Under the pieces are notes generated by a model, which did no database searches, had not been told where the DNA came from, and was given only the letters and a program-made list of their open reading frames with translations. Below, piece after piece: positions 1 through 15,291 of a DNA stretch of 64,000 nt (its first letter is position 1; each line of letters starts with the position of its first letter). A program made the position numbers and the translations under genes. The stretch comes from Selaginella moellendorffii (taxonomy: Eukaryota; Plantae; Lycopodiophyta), in the NCBI RefSeq assembly GCF_000143415.4, contig NW_003314271.1, positions 1,260,204 through 1,324,203 on the forward strand, written 5' to 3'.

Positions 1-28
1 CGCCCTCGCCAAGCTTAGGGGACTGGAG

Positions 29-1913
29 ATGCGGCACAAGCGTTGCGAGAGCCCCACGACGACGCTCTCAATTGGCATGGAGAGCTTGGGCGACAGTGGA
101 TCTCCGGGCGAAGCCGCCGCTCCTCCCCCTAGCCTCAAGAAGACCCTCTCCTGGAGCAACTTTGACAAGCTCTCGAGCTCGCCCGTGAGCATCAAGAGGA
201 AGAGGGACGCGGCTGGAAGCTGGGAATTTGGCGAGCAGGAGATCGTCCTGGCGCTTGGGAGCTCGCCCCCGGCTAGACCCAGCGTCGCTCTGGGTCTTGG
301 GCAGGCCGACAGTGGGAGTGGCAGCGGCAGTGCGTGCTCGCCATCGATCACTACCGAGTCGGACATCGGCTTGAAAAAGTTCTCGGTTTCGCTCCCTCAA
401 GACTCGCTGTCGCTGAGACTCTCGAGAAACTCGGACGAGGACAAGGATGGTGGGCTCTTCCTGGGGATCNNNNNNNNNNNNNNNNNNNNNNNNNNNNNNN
501 NNNNNNNNNNNNNNNNNNNNNNNNNNNNNNNNNNNNNNNNNNNNNNNNNNNNNNNNNNNNNNNNNNNNNGCATCTCTCCCGGAGCAGGAAGAATATCACT
601 CTCACTCGGAGAACGATCCAGACCTGGACATCGACGTGAGGACCGGTGCCGGATCTGACAAAGCTCCCAAAGCTTGCAAGTTCGCGGGGTGCGGGAAGGG
701 CGCTCGAGGAGCCTCGGGGCTGTGCATTGCTCACGGTGGTGGCCGCCGCTGCCAGAAAGATGGCTGTAGCAAGGGAGCTGAGGGGAGGACCGCGTACTGC
801 AAAGCTCACGGAGGTGGACGGCGGTGCCAGACTTTGGGCTGCACGAAGTCCGCCGAGGGAAAGACGGACTTGTGTATCGGGCACGGAGGTGGCCGGCGCT
901 GTGCCTACGAGGGATGCACCAAGGCTGCCAGGGGACGCTCCGGCCTGTGCATCAAGCACGGCGGCGGGAAGAGATGCCAGCACGAAGGATGCACCAAGAG
1001 CGCCGAGGGGCTGTCCGGCCTTTGCATCTCTCACGGTGGAGGGAGGCGCTGCCAGGTTCCCGGCTGCACGAAAGGCGCTCAAGGCAGCACCATGTTTTGC
1101 AAGGCTCACGGCGGCGGCAAGAGGTGTATGATCGAGGGCTGCGGCAAAGGTGCCGAGGGGAGCACTCCGCTTTGCAAGGGACACGGTGGTGGAAAGCGGT
1201 GTATGTTCGAAGGTGGCGGGATTTGTCCGAAGAGCGTTCATGGAGGGACGCAGTTTTGCGTCGCACACGGCGGCGGGAAGAGGTGCGCGGTCCAGGACTG
1301 CTCCAAGAGTGCGAGAGGGAGGACTGCCTTTTGCGTCAAGCATGGCGGAGGGAAGAGGTGCAAGACGGAAGGATGCGGCAAGAGTGCTCAGGGGAGCACG
1401 GACTTTTGCAAGGCTCACGGGGGTGGCAAGCGGTGTACTTGGGGACAGGAAGGCTCGCTCTACGGACCCCGGGAGGGGAGCTCGGAGCTGTCCAAGGGGC
1501 CGTGTGACAGATTTGCGAGGGGAAAGCTGGGACTTTGCGCGGCTCACAGCTCGATCGTGCAGGAGGAGAAGGCTAGCGGGCTTGCTCCGGGGCTGTTCAA
1601 GGACTTGGTGTCGCAGTCGAGTTCCGGCAGCATCGTCTACCAGTCTACTGCTCCAGCGTCCTCCTCGGTTGTTCTTGAGCAGCAGAATCACTACAGGTTT
1701 CTACAGGAGGGCGGAAGCGGCGACATCAACAAGTGCTGGAGCACGACGATCCAAGAGCAGCAGCAAGGCTTTCAGCAGCAGCAAGGATTCCATCATCCGG
1801 TGGTGGTTCCAGTGGCGACCAAGAGCTTGTTCGTGCCTGAGGGAGTTCCGGAGGGGAGAGTTCATGGAGGGGGTCTCTTGGCGTTGCTGGCTCAGCAAAG
1901 AAGCTCTGGCTGA
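29..1913 (+). CDS. Cys/Gly-rich zinc-finger repeat protein (WRKY19-like / loricrin-like Cx4C..Cx2HGGG repeats), spanning an assembly gap
   Basis: About 11 tandem ~24-25 aa repeats of CxxxGCxKxAxGxxxxCxxHGGGxR in ORF 447-1913, with C-terminal PEGRVHGGGLLALL typical of this plant family. The N-terminal part is ORF 29-469, before the N gap. Confidence 0.85.
470..569. other. Assembly gap (100 N); further gaps at 2962-3223 and 3373-3472
   Basis: Runs of N in the sequence. Confidence 1.
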
Positions 1914-2520
1914 GAGAGAGCTCCCAGGAAATTGGATTGCCCTCTCTTGCGATCGAACGGGCGAGCGCGACGTGAGAGGTTTGTAATTATATTCATCTTT
2001 GCATTGGCAGCATTGTCCCTGTACATAGATCCCACGTCCCCTTGCAGCGAACCATACGAAATGGAGCTGTGTTTTTAAAACCATATAGAGATATTCCTGA
2101 TGTAAATCTTAATAATGTACATAACTGTTTAATTACTAAACTCATTTGATTAGCTAGTGCAATTAGTGTTGGAAGAGAATTAGGTGAGAAATACTAACCG
2201 TTGGATTTGGAGGGAGTTTCAACACGAGGAGAATCTAACGCTCCAGGTGCTTGGATGCGGCGGGGCTATAACTTCCGTGCTGTCGTGTTTAGATGAGATT
2301 GGACGAGAGGTCACTTTAGGCTGGGTGCATTGCAGCCTCTTATCCCATCCCTTCGTCATCCTCGTCTCTTTCTTTCCTCTTTCAAGTCCTTGCAAAATTT
2401 CTCTTTACGCCGGGGTCGGAGGGTAAAAGTGTGCCCGTGAATCACAAATGTGATTCAAATGGGCTACGTTCTTGGCTTCTAGGGTTTGGGCGATCGGTCA
2501 GAGAAGAAGAGGGGAAATCT

Positions 2521-5358
2521 ATGGCGGCGTTGGTCGCTGGTGCCCAGGCGCTGGCGCTGGCGCGCGTTTCTTCCTCATTGTCATCTCCCTCTTCTTCTTC
2601 TTCTCCTTCTTCTTCCTGCTGTTCGCCTAGCAGTGAATGCTCGTCGTCAGCGGGAGTGGTGAGCCTGGCGCCGCGCAAGAGGAGCGGATTGCCGTGCATT
2701 CTTCCCGAGAGGTCGGCTTACATGGGAGAGAGCGTGTCGGGATTTTGGACGCGCACAGGGATTTCGCTGCGGTGTAGCAGGCCCAGGAAGCCTCACGCCG
2801 GATGCAAGGCTTCCATCGGCGCGGCTGTCTTGGCCGATATTGCCAAGGAAACCGTGGTATGATCTCCTCCTTTTCCATCCAATTCTTTTTCTTCTTGCAA
2901 TGGGGTAGCTCTAGAGCATTCCGCCGTGGTTGTGAGCGCCAATTCTTCTTGAGTCGGGTGCNNNNNNNNNNNNNNNNNNNNNNNNNNNNNNNNNNNNNNN
3001 NNNNNNNNNNNNNNNNNNNNNNNNNNNNNNNNNNNNNNNNNNNNNNNNNNNNNNNNNNNNNNNNNNNNNNNNNNNNNNNNNNNNNNNNNNNNNNNNNNNN
3101 NNNNNNNNNNNNNNNNNNNNNNNNNNNNNNNNNNNNNNNNNNNNNNNNNNNNNNNNNNNNNNNNNNNNNNNNNNNNNNNNNNNNNNNNNNNNNNNNNNNN
3201 NNNNNNNNNNNNNNNNNNNNNNNAATTGGAAAGCCACGGGCAGATCCTAGAACAGTTGTTTCTCTGATTCTGGGAGGAGGAGCCGGCACTCGGTTGTTTC
3301 CCCTCACAAATAGACGAGCAAAGCCTGCTGTAAGAAAACGCTTCTTCGTTGTCTGCCAATTTTAATATAATGNNNNNNNNNNNNNNNNNNNNNNNNNNNN
3401 NNNNNNNNNNNNNNNNNNNNNNNNNNNNNNNNNNNNNNNNNNNNNNNNNNNNNNNNNNNNNNNNNNNNNNNNCTCTTGGCATGTTCACTACAGGTACCAA
3501 TTGGAGGCGCTTACAGACTTATTGACGTGCCAATGAGCAATTGCATCAACAGCGGAATAAACAAAATCTTCATCCTCACTCAGTTTAACTCGGCTTCTTT
3601 GAATCGGCACCTTGCTCGGACGTACAATTTTGGTAATGGTGTGAATTTTGGAGATGGTTTTGTTGAGGTAGGCAGAACTTGAAAGCGCTGTTACTGTAAA
3701 CGTTTAGAAAGCCTTTCGTTTTCAGGTTTTAGCTGCAACTCAGACTCCCGGGGAAGCAGGAATGAACTGGTTCCAAGGGACTGCCGACGCTGTTCGACAG
3801 TTCACGTGGGTTTTTGAGGTACTTTTGACTGTGCGAGCCTTCATTTTCTCGATCATGTTACGCTTGTTTTCAGGATACTAGGAGTAAAGAGATTGAGAAT
3901 GTTCTTGTTTTATCCGGAGACCATCTGTATCGAATGGACTACATGGAATTCATTCAGGTTTACGATAACATGACATTTTTATTTGTTTATGATCCAGAAT
4001 TCCTGCTGACTCGCAGAAACACCAAGATACTGGAGCAGACATAACCATTGGTTGCGTGCCAATGGACGACAGGTAGAACTAGCCACGTTTTTTTTTTCAT
4101 TCGTGATACTTACGTGATTCTTTTCTGTGGTCTGAAAGCCGGGCGTCTGATTTCGGGCTGATGAAAATTGATGCCAATGGGCAGATACTTTATTTCAGCG
4201 AAAAGCCGAAAGGAGCTGATCTGAAAGCGATGGTATTATTCGTCAGCATGCGGTTTGTATACTAATTTGTGCATATTCTATTTTCCTACTTCCAGCAAGT
4301 GGACACTACTGTATTGGGCTTGACGCCTGAAGAGGCCATCGAAAAGCCGTACATTGCATCCATGGGAATTTACGTGTTTAAAAAAGATATTCTTTTGAAG
4401 CTTCTAAGGTACAAATTGTTGACTATAGATGTAGAAGATCTTATCGTTCTTTTCTTCGTAGATGGCGCTACCCTACAGCAAATGATTTTGGATCAGAAAT
4501 TTTGCCTGCTTCAGCAAAAGAGTACAACGTGCAGGTTGGTCTTTCGTTTGTCTCTTGGTGAATGGTTGCTCTGTACTATCAACAGCGTAGTTCACAGGCT
4601 TATTTGTTTAATGATTACTGGGAGGACATCGGGACGATTAAGTCGTTCTATGAAGCAAATCTTGCTCTTACTTGCCAGGTAATACTACAGTGCTCTTTTT
4701 ACTCTTTCTCAAGATACATTCTATCTATGCAGCCACCAAAATTCAGGTTTTATGATGCAGCGAAACCGATATACACCTCTCCCAGATATTTACCACCAAC
4801 TAAGATTGAAAAATGCCGGGTTCGTGTTTGTATTGCTAGTGACACTTCAGTGAGCAACTGTGTCTTCGGTAGGTTTTGGACTCCATAGTTTCGCATGGAT
4901 GCTTTCTTCAAGAATGCAGTGTCACGCATTCTGTGATTGGTATTCGTTCTCGAGTCGAAGCTGGTGCTGAGATTCAAGATACGATGATGCTTGGTGCCGA
5001 CTTCTACGAGACGGAGGCTGAGATAGCAAGTATGGTTGCAGAGGGGAAGGTGCCAGTCGGAGTTGGTCAGAATGCCAAAATAAGGTTAGCCGGTTGATTA
5101 TGCAACTTCTACACAACTTACTTTTCCAAACACGCAGAAACTGTATTCTCGACAAAAATGTTCGAATAGGAAAGAACGTCGTCATCGCCAACAAAGACGT
5201 GAGACTAGATTTGATTGCTTCGTCTTGCTCTATGCTAATCCTTTGTTTTGGCGCAGAATGTACAAGAAGCAGAGAAGCCATCCGAGGGATACTACATTCG
5301 CTCCGGGATTACTGTGATATTGAAAAACGCAACGATTGCAGATGGAACTGTAATCTAG
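2521..5358 (+). CDS. APL: ADP-glucose pyrophosphorylase large subunit (plastid), multi-exon
   Basis: Ser-rich transit peptide; motifs [87 protein letters not shown]. Confidence 0.95.
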
Positions 5359-5480
5359 ATATAGCTAGAAAGCAAGAAAGGTACGCGGTAAGTGTAGATA
5401 TTCTCTCTCTGAGACAACTAGCTTCGCCGTGCAAAAATATATCTCTTGAGGATTTTGTTGTACAGGAAAACTCCTTAGAA

Positions 5481-6344
5481 CTAACTTAGCTTGTCAAGGT
5501 AGTGACTCTTTTGTTTCATTCTGGACGTAAGCTCGTCCTTCATGCGACTGACCCTTCTCATTTTTCTCCTGAAGTTTAGATCCAAGTGGTGCTCGCACAA
5601 AAGGTACCCCGGCTTTGCTTTCTGTGAACACTTCCAACCATTCCCGTTTTTGCAGGAGCACAGCGTCTCGCCTCCTTGAACATCGGCAGGCTCCAAGTCA
5701 GGCAATCCGTCCAGCAGCCTCAAAGTTTTCGGGATGGCTCTCGGCGTCTGTGGCACCGGGAGCGTACCATCGTCCATCTCGTCAGCGTTATTCCTCACGC
5801 GAAACCGCCCGCGCTTGAGCTGTAGGAAGTAAGGATCCGTGCTCATGGTCGTCGCAACCTGTTCCAGCACAAGAGCCGGCTCCTCGCCGCCGCAGAGCCC
5901 CGAGATCATCATTCGTGCCAAGGCCTGGCGAGGAGTGAGGCTCGCATTTGGAGTCTGGGCGAAGACCATGCGCAGCAACTGAGATATTGGTGTTCCAGCC
6001 GCCGCCTCCTCCGCCGCTGCAAAAAGAGCTCCAATTCAAGGAAAGAGAAAAGGCAAGTTGAAGCTTTCATCTTTTTACCAGAACTCTTCGAATCATCTCC
6101 TCCTGTGCAGCTGCTCGGCACGAAAAGTTTCAATGGAGAAAGGGAAAGACAAACGCAATCGAACAATCGAACCTTGGGGGTGGAAGCGACGAACAACGAA
6201 GAGAAGCATGGCTTTCCACTGGCTGAGCGAAAGAACAGAGGAAAGTAAGAACCAAAACCCGCAAGAGAAAAGTACGTGCCTTTTCACCGCTAACACGGAG
6301 ACAAGACGAGAGCGAGAGACCCCTCTCCTCCAAATTACCTCCAT
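5481..6344 (-). CDS. WRC-domain (C3H zinc finger) protein; 5' exons uncertain
   Basis: CSCKNGNGWKCSQKAKPGYLLCEHH matches the WRC C-x9-C-x10-C-x2-H pattern. The frame is extended upstream by small exons (GDDSKSS/AEEAAAGTP). Confidence 0.65.
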
Positions 6345-6712
6345 CGCCCTCGCTTGGATCGATTGCCTCGCCACACCAGTTACAAACATTTCCCAATTGG
6401 TCGGTGGCCAATACCACAGCTACTGTGGTGGAACGCTTCTTGCGAATTCTCATCAAAAGGACCGCGCACACAAAAAAAAAAAAAACTATCTAATTAATCC
6501 ATTAACAACAAAACCCTAGCAAAACCAGAAAGAACTAAAGAGAAAAGGAGCAGAGAAAAAAAAGTAACTTAAAATTAACTAAATTTAATAATAGAACCAC
6601 CGGCAGAAATTTTATTATTAATACAATAAAATGTTTTACAAACAACACTAGCAAAGCATTAGTTTTCCTAATCATCCCAGTTTTTTTCTTCTCCACAACA
6701 ATGACGAAGAGA

Positions 6713-8155
6713 CTATGTCTGAGTGGTGGTGGTGGCGGTGGCGGTGGCGGTGGCGTTGGTGGTGGCGGTGGCGTTGGTGGTGGCGGTGGTGGCACTCTCG
6801 CCACCACTCCTGTTAAGTCTGCTAAAGAGGCCAGCGCTGAGAAACCCGTCCTGGGAGGAGCCTTGCGACGCTGATCTCGCGAACGCGGAGGAGCTGCTGT
6901 TAGTGCTGAGGTTGTCGAAGCTGGAGGCGCTGGTGTGGAGCTCGTCTCCATCCTCGGAGCGAGGAAACGTTCTGGCCCTGGAGAATAAGTTGCGGAGGCC
7001 GGAGCTGCCTTCCTCGGCGGGGAGCTCGCCGTTTGATCCCGGCCGCGGGAGTCCGCCGAAGATGAAGCGCACCGCGATCTTGCTCGCCGCCGCCACGTCC
7101 GACTTTGCTTGCTTTATCTGCGACGATCGAGAGATAACGTATGAGACCGACAGAAGAAACAGAAGGAGAGAGTTTTCGTACCCGTTCCACCGTGTTACCA
7201 ACGGCATCGACTGCGGCATCCCCGGCATTTGCGAAACGATTCACCCAAGCTGAGCAAAACACGAAAGCAAACTTTAGACGAAAGGAGAAACGTGGGAGGA
7301 ACCACAAGAAACTTACCTGGGATTTTGGGAACGCTCAACCGGACGCAGAGCTCGTCGCAGAAGTGGTTGCAATTGCGGGCGAGGAGGTCGTACGAGTAGC
7401 CGGGCCATTCCTTGCTGAGCTCGAGCAGGATCTGGTTTACTTTCTCCTCGGAGAAAGGCGTGTTTCCGATGTACACCGTTTCTCTGTACGTGTACATGGG
7501 ATTGCTCTTGGGCGGACAGCCGAAAACTCCACTCCCATTCTCACAGTAGCCGAATGACCACTCTTCCTCGAACACCTGTGAAGCCAAAAAACCATTCTTT
7601 TAATGAAAGTCCAAAGCTTAGCTATTGGAAGGAAGAACATCAAAAGGGTGAAAGAATGAAAAGGACCAGCATTATGGTATGTTTAGCTCTTCCAAGAAAA
7701 AAAATTTGATATTTCTTGCAAGTGAAAAGATCTCCAGGAATAAGACAAAGGAGGACGAAGAACAAATAAGGTACAGACCATTTGGAAATCGACAAGACTT
7801 AGCTCTTGGGAGGAAAAAAAAATCCAGAGCCAAGAGGAACAACAAGAACTCTTTGACACGCGCTGAAAGAAGACAAAGACGATAAGCAAGAAAACCAACA
7901 AAAAAACCGGGAACACAAAGGCGGCATATTGGAAATTCGACACAAAGAGAAGACGAAGAACCGATCGATTGATCACAAACTCCAGGAAATCCAACCCCGA
8001 GCTATGTCCTAGAGAGCAACCTGGACCGCGCCATGGAAAATGCCGCCGATGCCAATGCCGTCGCGGAAGAAGCGATTGATGCCTGCAATGGTGCTGTTGG
8101 TCTTGGGCGACATGCTGTTGGTGACATCGTAGACGTGGAGCCACACTGCGGACAT
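6713..8155 (-). CDS. PPPDE/DeSI-family (C97) desumoylating isopeptidase-like protein
   Basis: Exon 1 MSAVWLHVYDVTN...GIGIGGIFHGAVQ; then EEWSFGYCENGSGVF and YDLLARNCNHFCDEL (catalytic His/Cys); IPGWVNRFANAG. Confidence 0.92.
6724..6793. repeat. (GGT/GGC) trinucleotide low-complexity repeat encoding the Thr/Ala tail of the DeSI gene
   Basis: ggtggtggcggtggcggtggcgttggtggt... read directly. Confidence 0.85.
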
Positions 8156-8501
8156 CGCCCCAGCTCACAGCTCGCTCCCTCCGCCTCTCCCTCCTATCTG
8201 CATAGAAATGAAAGAGCCCTAATCTTGGCCCGCGGTAATAACCATCGTGATCATCACTCAAACCCATGCTTGCGGTGCCGCTCCACGCGCGATCACCGGC
8301 AGCACAGCGCAGATCAAAGAATCCAAGCGCGATCGCTGTGGCGCGGCTAGAGATCCCTGACCAGGAAAAACCCCCTTAGGATAGAAATTTTAGGGTTCTT
8401 CAAAATTTTTACTCCAGGTCTCGCGGAGCGATGGATGTCTGAGGTGAGCTGACTCGGGCAGCTAGTGATTCCAAGCAATGCGATGCCAGTAGAGGTGGGG
8501 A

Positions 8502-11288
8502 ATGGATGCCGTGGCGGAGGGGCTATGGATCTTGGCGGACAGGTTTGAGCAGAGTGGAAATATTTCGCAGGCGGTCAAATGCTTGGAGGCGATTTGCCAG
8601 AGCCGCAGCCCTTTCCTGCCGATTGTGGAGGTCAAGACGCGGCTCCAGCTCGCTACTGTGCTCCTCAACTACACAGACAATCTACTGCACGCTAAGAATC
8701 ATCTGGAACGAGCGGTACGTTGCTAGAAATTTTTTTTCTTTCCTTTTGCTTTAAGTCTTGCATGATAGCATCTTACTTCTTTGGATTTCCATGAGTGACA
8801 ACGTTTTTTTCTTTTTCCAGCAACTACTGTTGAAGCAAATACCTTCGTGCTTTGAGCTCAAATGCCGAGCATACAGTCTACTCAGTCGGTGCTATCATCT
8901 CGTGGGGACGATCGGTCCCCAGAAGCAAGTTCTCAAGAAAGGATTGGATCTGGCTGTTACTGGTGATGGGTAAGTTCTTCGAGTTTTTTAAACAAGTTTC
9001 TGATGCTTTATGTTGATTGTCAGATTGTCACCATTGTTATGGGTATGCAACTTCAACTTACAGCTTGCCAATGCCTTGACGATAGAGGGCGATTTTCCTA
9101 ATGTCATCCGAGCCTTGGAAGCCGGGCTCGTGTATGCTTCGAAAGCTCAGTTTCCGCAGCTCCAGGTTTATTTTTCGTGCTCTGAACGTTTTTTGTGTTG
9201 CCTAATCTTTTTCTTTTTGCAGCTACTGTTTGCAGTATCAATGCTTCACGTTCATCTTATGGAAAGCGACAATCTAACCGCTCTGCAGCAAACTGTGAGC
9301 CTTTGCGACCAGCTTTGGGATCAACTTCCTCACCAAACGGTGAGACAACTACTTGAAAACAGCTCTTGGAAGTTTTTTTTTTTTTACGAGCGCAACTTTT
9401 TGCAGAGGGAGCTGCATCCCGGACTACACGTCTACAACCAGCTGCTTCATGTCTTCTACTTTCTGCGTGTATGCGATTACAAGGCAGCCTCCCATCACGT
9501 CGAGCTTTTGGATGCGGCACTGTCTAGCAAGTATGAAACAGCCCGATTACAGTTGCTAGCTCCCGAAGAGAAACAAGCGTGCATGTCGACACTAGAAATG
9601 CAGGATCATGACTTACAGAAGGAGATGAAAATCCTGCAAGGGCAGCTGAAAGAACAGGGCATCCACGAGCAAAAGAGGAATGAGTTGGTTGGATTCTATC
9701 ACGAGTTGGACCGTCAGCTAGAGGGACTCAAAGATCAGGAACGCTTCTACAAGTATCTCTTTTACGGCAACGCGTGGAAGCAGGAGAGCAAACTGCCACT
9801 GGGTGTTTTTCCACTCGATGGTGAGTGGCTGCCAACAGGTGCTGTGCTGATTTTGGTGGACTTGATGGCTGTGACATGCGCTCGTCCAAAAGGCATGTTT
9901 AAAGAAACGACGAAGCGCCTTCAATCTGGTTTAAGTATCGTTAACGGTAAGATAGCTTCTTGGATTGTGATACAATGTTACAGCGTTGATGTGCAGGAGA
10001 ACTTGGAAAGCTGGGAATCACATCATCTACTCAAGGTATTTCTTGAATTAAACAGCGTTTTAATGCTATTTTGTTTTTTTTAACCTCAGAAACTCATTTA
10101 CCGCACTGGAGCATATGGATGGCCGGCGTATATCTTGTGCTCCAGTTCCAGCTTCTAGAGAACAAAATCCTGATTGACCTGACACGAACCGAATTTATGG
10201 ACGCTCAAAAGGCAAGTTTCTTTTCACTGCAGACCCTTGAGCCGTTCTTTTGTTTAGGCTTTGATGGAGGTGCTGGATCTCTACTTTCGATTTCCAACGA
10301 TTCTTCAAGGTTGTGAAAGCTCAATTCACATGCTCTTGGGCCACTACGCACATTCTGTTGGCTGCTTTCAGGAGGGAGCTCTGCATTTCATCGAAGCTGC
10401 TAAGGTAACATCGTGTCTACGTTTCTTTTACACTGAATGCGTACGTGACAGCTTACTGAGAGTAAAGCCTTGAAAGCCTTATGCCATGTTTATTCGGCTA
10501 TATCTCTTATCTGCTTGGGTGACGCCGACTCGTGTTCCCAGGTATGTAAACTTCCCGTCCTCGCATGTACAGAAAGTTAGATACTTCCCTATCAATGCAG
10601 GCTCTTGACTTAATAGGACCTGTCTATAGATCCATGGATTCTTTCATTGGAGTTCGAGAGAAGACGCTAGTGCTCTTCGCATCAGGTCTTCTGCAAATGA
10701 AGCAACATAACCCGCAAGAAGCACGGTACATACTCGCTAGTTTCTGTGCTTGGCATTAAGATGAGCTTTCTACTATGGTGTTTCAGGACACGGCTTGCTA
10801 ATGGACTAAAACTAACTCACAAACAACTCGGCAACCATCAACTGGTTTCCCAATACCTTACTGTGCTCGGAAGCCTGGCCCTTGCTATCCATGACACCTC
10901 GCAGGCCTTGGACATCCTCAAATCGTCGTTTACACTGGCGAAGGCTCTTCACGATGTTTCAGGACAGATTGGTGTCCTAACGGAATTAACCGGTTTGAAC
11001 TCTCTCTCTCTCTCTCTCTCCCCTCTCCCTCTCGCCGTAGGTGATCCTCTTCCTCTTTTCGTCTTCCAGCTTTGTACAGGGAACTTGGCGAAGGTGCAAA
11101 GCTCCAAGAAAACTTCCAATTCGAGGAACGCAAAGTGGAGGAGCTCGCACGGCATATCCAGACTGCTGTGTCGTCGAGCCACCACATGTATCTTTTAAAG
11201 GTTCGTTCCTCTTCGATTTCTCACTCGCTCATCGATTTCTCACACTTTTCTTTTCTCTCTCCAGCACGGTCTGAACCAGGAAACTTAG
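8502..11288 (+). CDS. SCC4: Cohesin loader subunit SCC4/MAU2, multi-exon
   Basis: N-terminus MDAVAEGLWILAD...QAVKCLEAICQ...FLPIVEVKTRLQLATVLL...AKNHLERA; DGEWLP; HKQLGNHQLVSQYLTVLGSLALAIHDT. Confidence 0.92.
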
Positions 11289-11384
11289 GACTCATTCACT
11301 CGACTGATCGACTCCTCTTTTGTTTTTCGTATCCCCCCATGCGAGATAAACCGAAAGGTTGTACACAAGTTCTTACAAAACCTT

Positions 11385-13605
<2,221 letters not shown>

Positions 13606-13737
13606 GGATTGCTGCTCCAATTCCTCATCTATGTCGGTTCGCCATCGTCATACCTATTGCCGATTCCATCGCAATGGAGGAAAGAAGCCGCCGGTCGTTG
13701 GTACTTCCTAGCCCTAGGACATTTTCTAGGGCTAAAA

Positions 13738-13769
13738 CACGTGGATGGCTTGTTTGCATGCCACGTGGC
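13738..13769. promoter_or_regulatory. Two G-box/ABRE elements in the ~230 bp divergent promoter shared by CDPK and PI31
   Basis: CACGTGG at 13738 and palindromic GCCACGTGGC at 13760-13769. Confidence 0.45.
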
Positions 13770-13834
13770 TAAGCTGGGATGCTCGATTTAGTCCCCGTGG
13801 CGGCACGGTGTGGGATTAGGGTTCTTGGGAAGTG

Positions 13835-15172
13835 ATGGCGCTTACGGACGCTGTTCTAGCTGTGATTCGCGCCTCGCGGCCGCAATTCCGGTCGCCCCAC
13901 GATCGTGTAGCGTTTGCGCTACACGCCGCTTTCCTGGCGAGCGGGTATTCGCTGGGAGCGACTGGATCGGCGGCGGCGTCGGGGGCTTCTTCGGGTAGGG
14001 ATTTGTATGGCTTGGGAGCTGTCTGATGTTTTTGGTGTCTTCGTGAAGAGCAAGAGGTCGGGATCGATGGCTGGAATGAGCTGGAAAATGCGTACGCGTT
14101 CAAGTATTTCACTGATGAGAAGGATTTGCCCAAGAGCGTGGACGTCAAATGCACTGCCATCGGTGACATGCTGATGGTGGATGCGGCTGTGGAAGGAGGA
14201 AATGATTTGTTCCATCTGGAGATCAAGTAAGTGGCGATCTCGAAGAATCATCTTTGTGTTTGTTCTTATACTATCTATCCAAGGGTCACTGATTTTGCGA
14301 AAGATTCTGATACTGGGAATTACGCCCAGCAATACAAGGACCTGGATGGAATCGTGAAGGTTGTGAATTCTCAAGTTCTCTCGAAGTGCTCGACGAAACC
14401 ACCGGAACCAGCGACCTCAACCAGGTATGTTTCAAGTTCTTTACGATCGTTTTTCTATTTTCCTCTTTCGCAACTCCAGGGAAACAGGAAAATTGATGAT
14501 CGATGACGAGACTATGTCTGTTCCTAGGCAAGTTCGTCTTTTTTTTCTTCTTTCTTTTGCTGCTTCTATCGTGCTCTTTCTCAGTGTCTCGAAAACTAAG
14601 TTCTTTGCGTTGCAGGAGGCCATATCCTGCTACTCCTGGAGTGAGCCTAATTGGGAGACCTGTAGGCCTCAATGATCTCTTACCAGGACCAGGAGTTGGT
14701 GTTTTCGATCATCACAGGTTTCCTTTTTCTTGTTCCTTACACGAAGAATTGCAAACTTACCTGGAAAGACAGCACTCTCGAGAGTGGCGAGGCCGGAAGT
14801 CTTGTAGGTGAGTACTTGTATTGCTAGAAATCGGCAAGCTGACATCGACAATGGAAAATGTGTAGGACCTGGGCATCCCGTCTGGGGAAACGTTCCTCCC
14901 GGTCATGACGATCCTTCTGGATTAACGTGAGTTTCCCTGGTTGATCTTTCCAGTGTTCTTATCAATCTTCTCTTTGTTCATCGTTTTCCAGGCGTCCACA
15001 GGGTGCTCGATTCGATCCTTTTGGTCCTCCGGGAGTTCCTGGATTCGAGCCACAGCGTTTTGGAAGGTGAGTAGAGAATTGCTACCAAATTTCTCGCTTG
15101 GATTGATTTTTCTTGCGTGGTTTTACCAGAGGAGGTGGTCGAGGCGATATCCAGCACTTTCCAAACTTCTGA
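13835..15172 (+). CDS. PI31: Proteasome inhibitor PI31 (PSMF1-like), multi-exon
   Basis: AVLAVIRASRPQFRSPHDRVAFALHAAFLASGY; EVGIDGWNELENAYAF; Pro-rich C-terminus with DLLPGPG and GARFDPFGPPGVPGFEP. Confidence 0.9.
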
Positions 15173-15291
15173 TGAGAATGGACTTGTAAATATAAGTTGT
15201 TGTAGAGGAACGGAGTCGAAACGATGACCTTGTCGGCCAAAGCGCTATAAGATTCGAACCGCGATGCCTGGAAACCCTAAAAGGCGGCAAA

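Noticed and set aside
351-1691. 446-aa minus-strand ORF and other overlapping ORFs
   Set aside because: Antisense or alternate-frame shadows of the GC-rich repetitive zinc-finger gene; no motifs.
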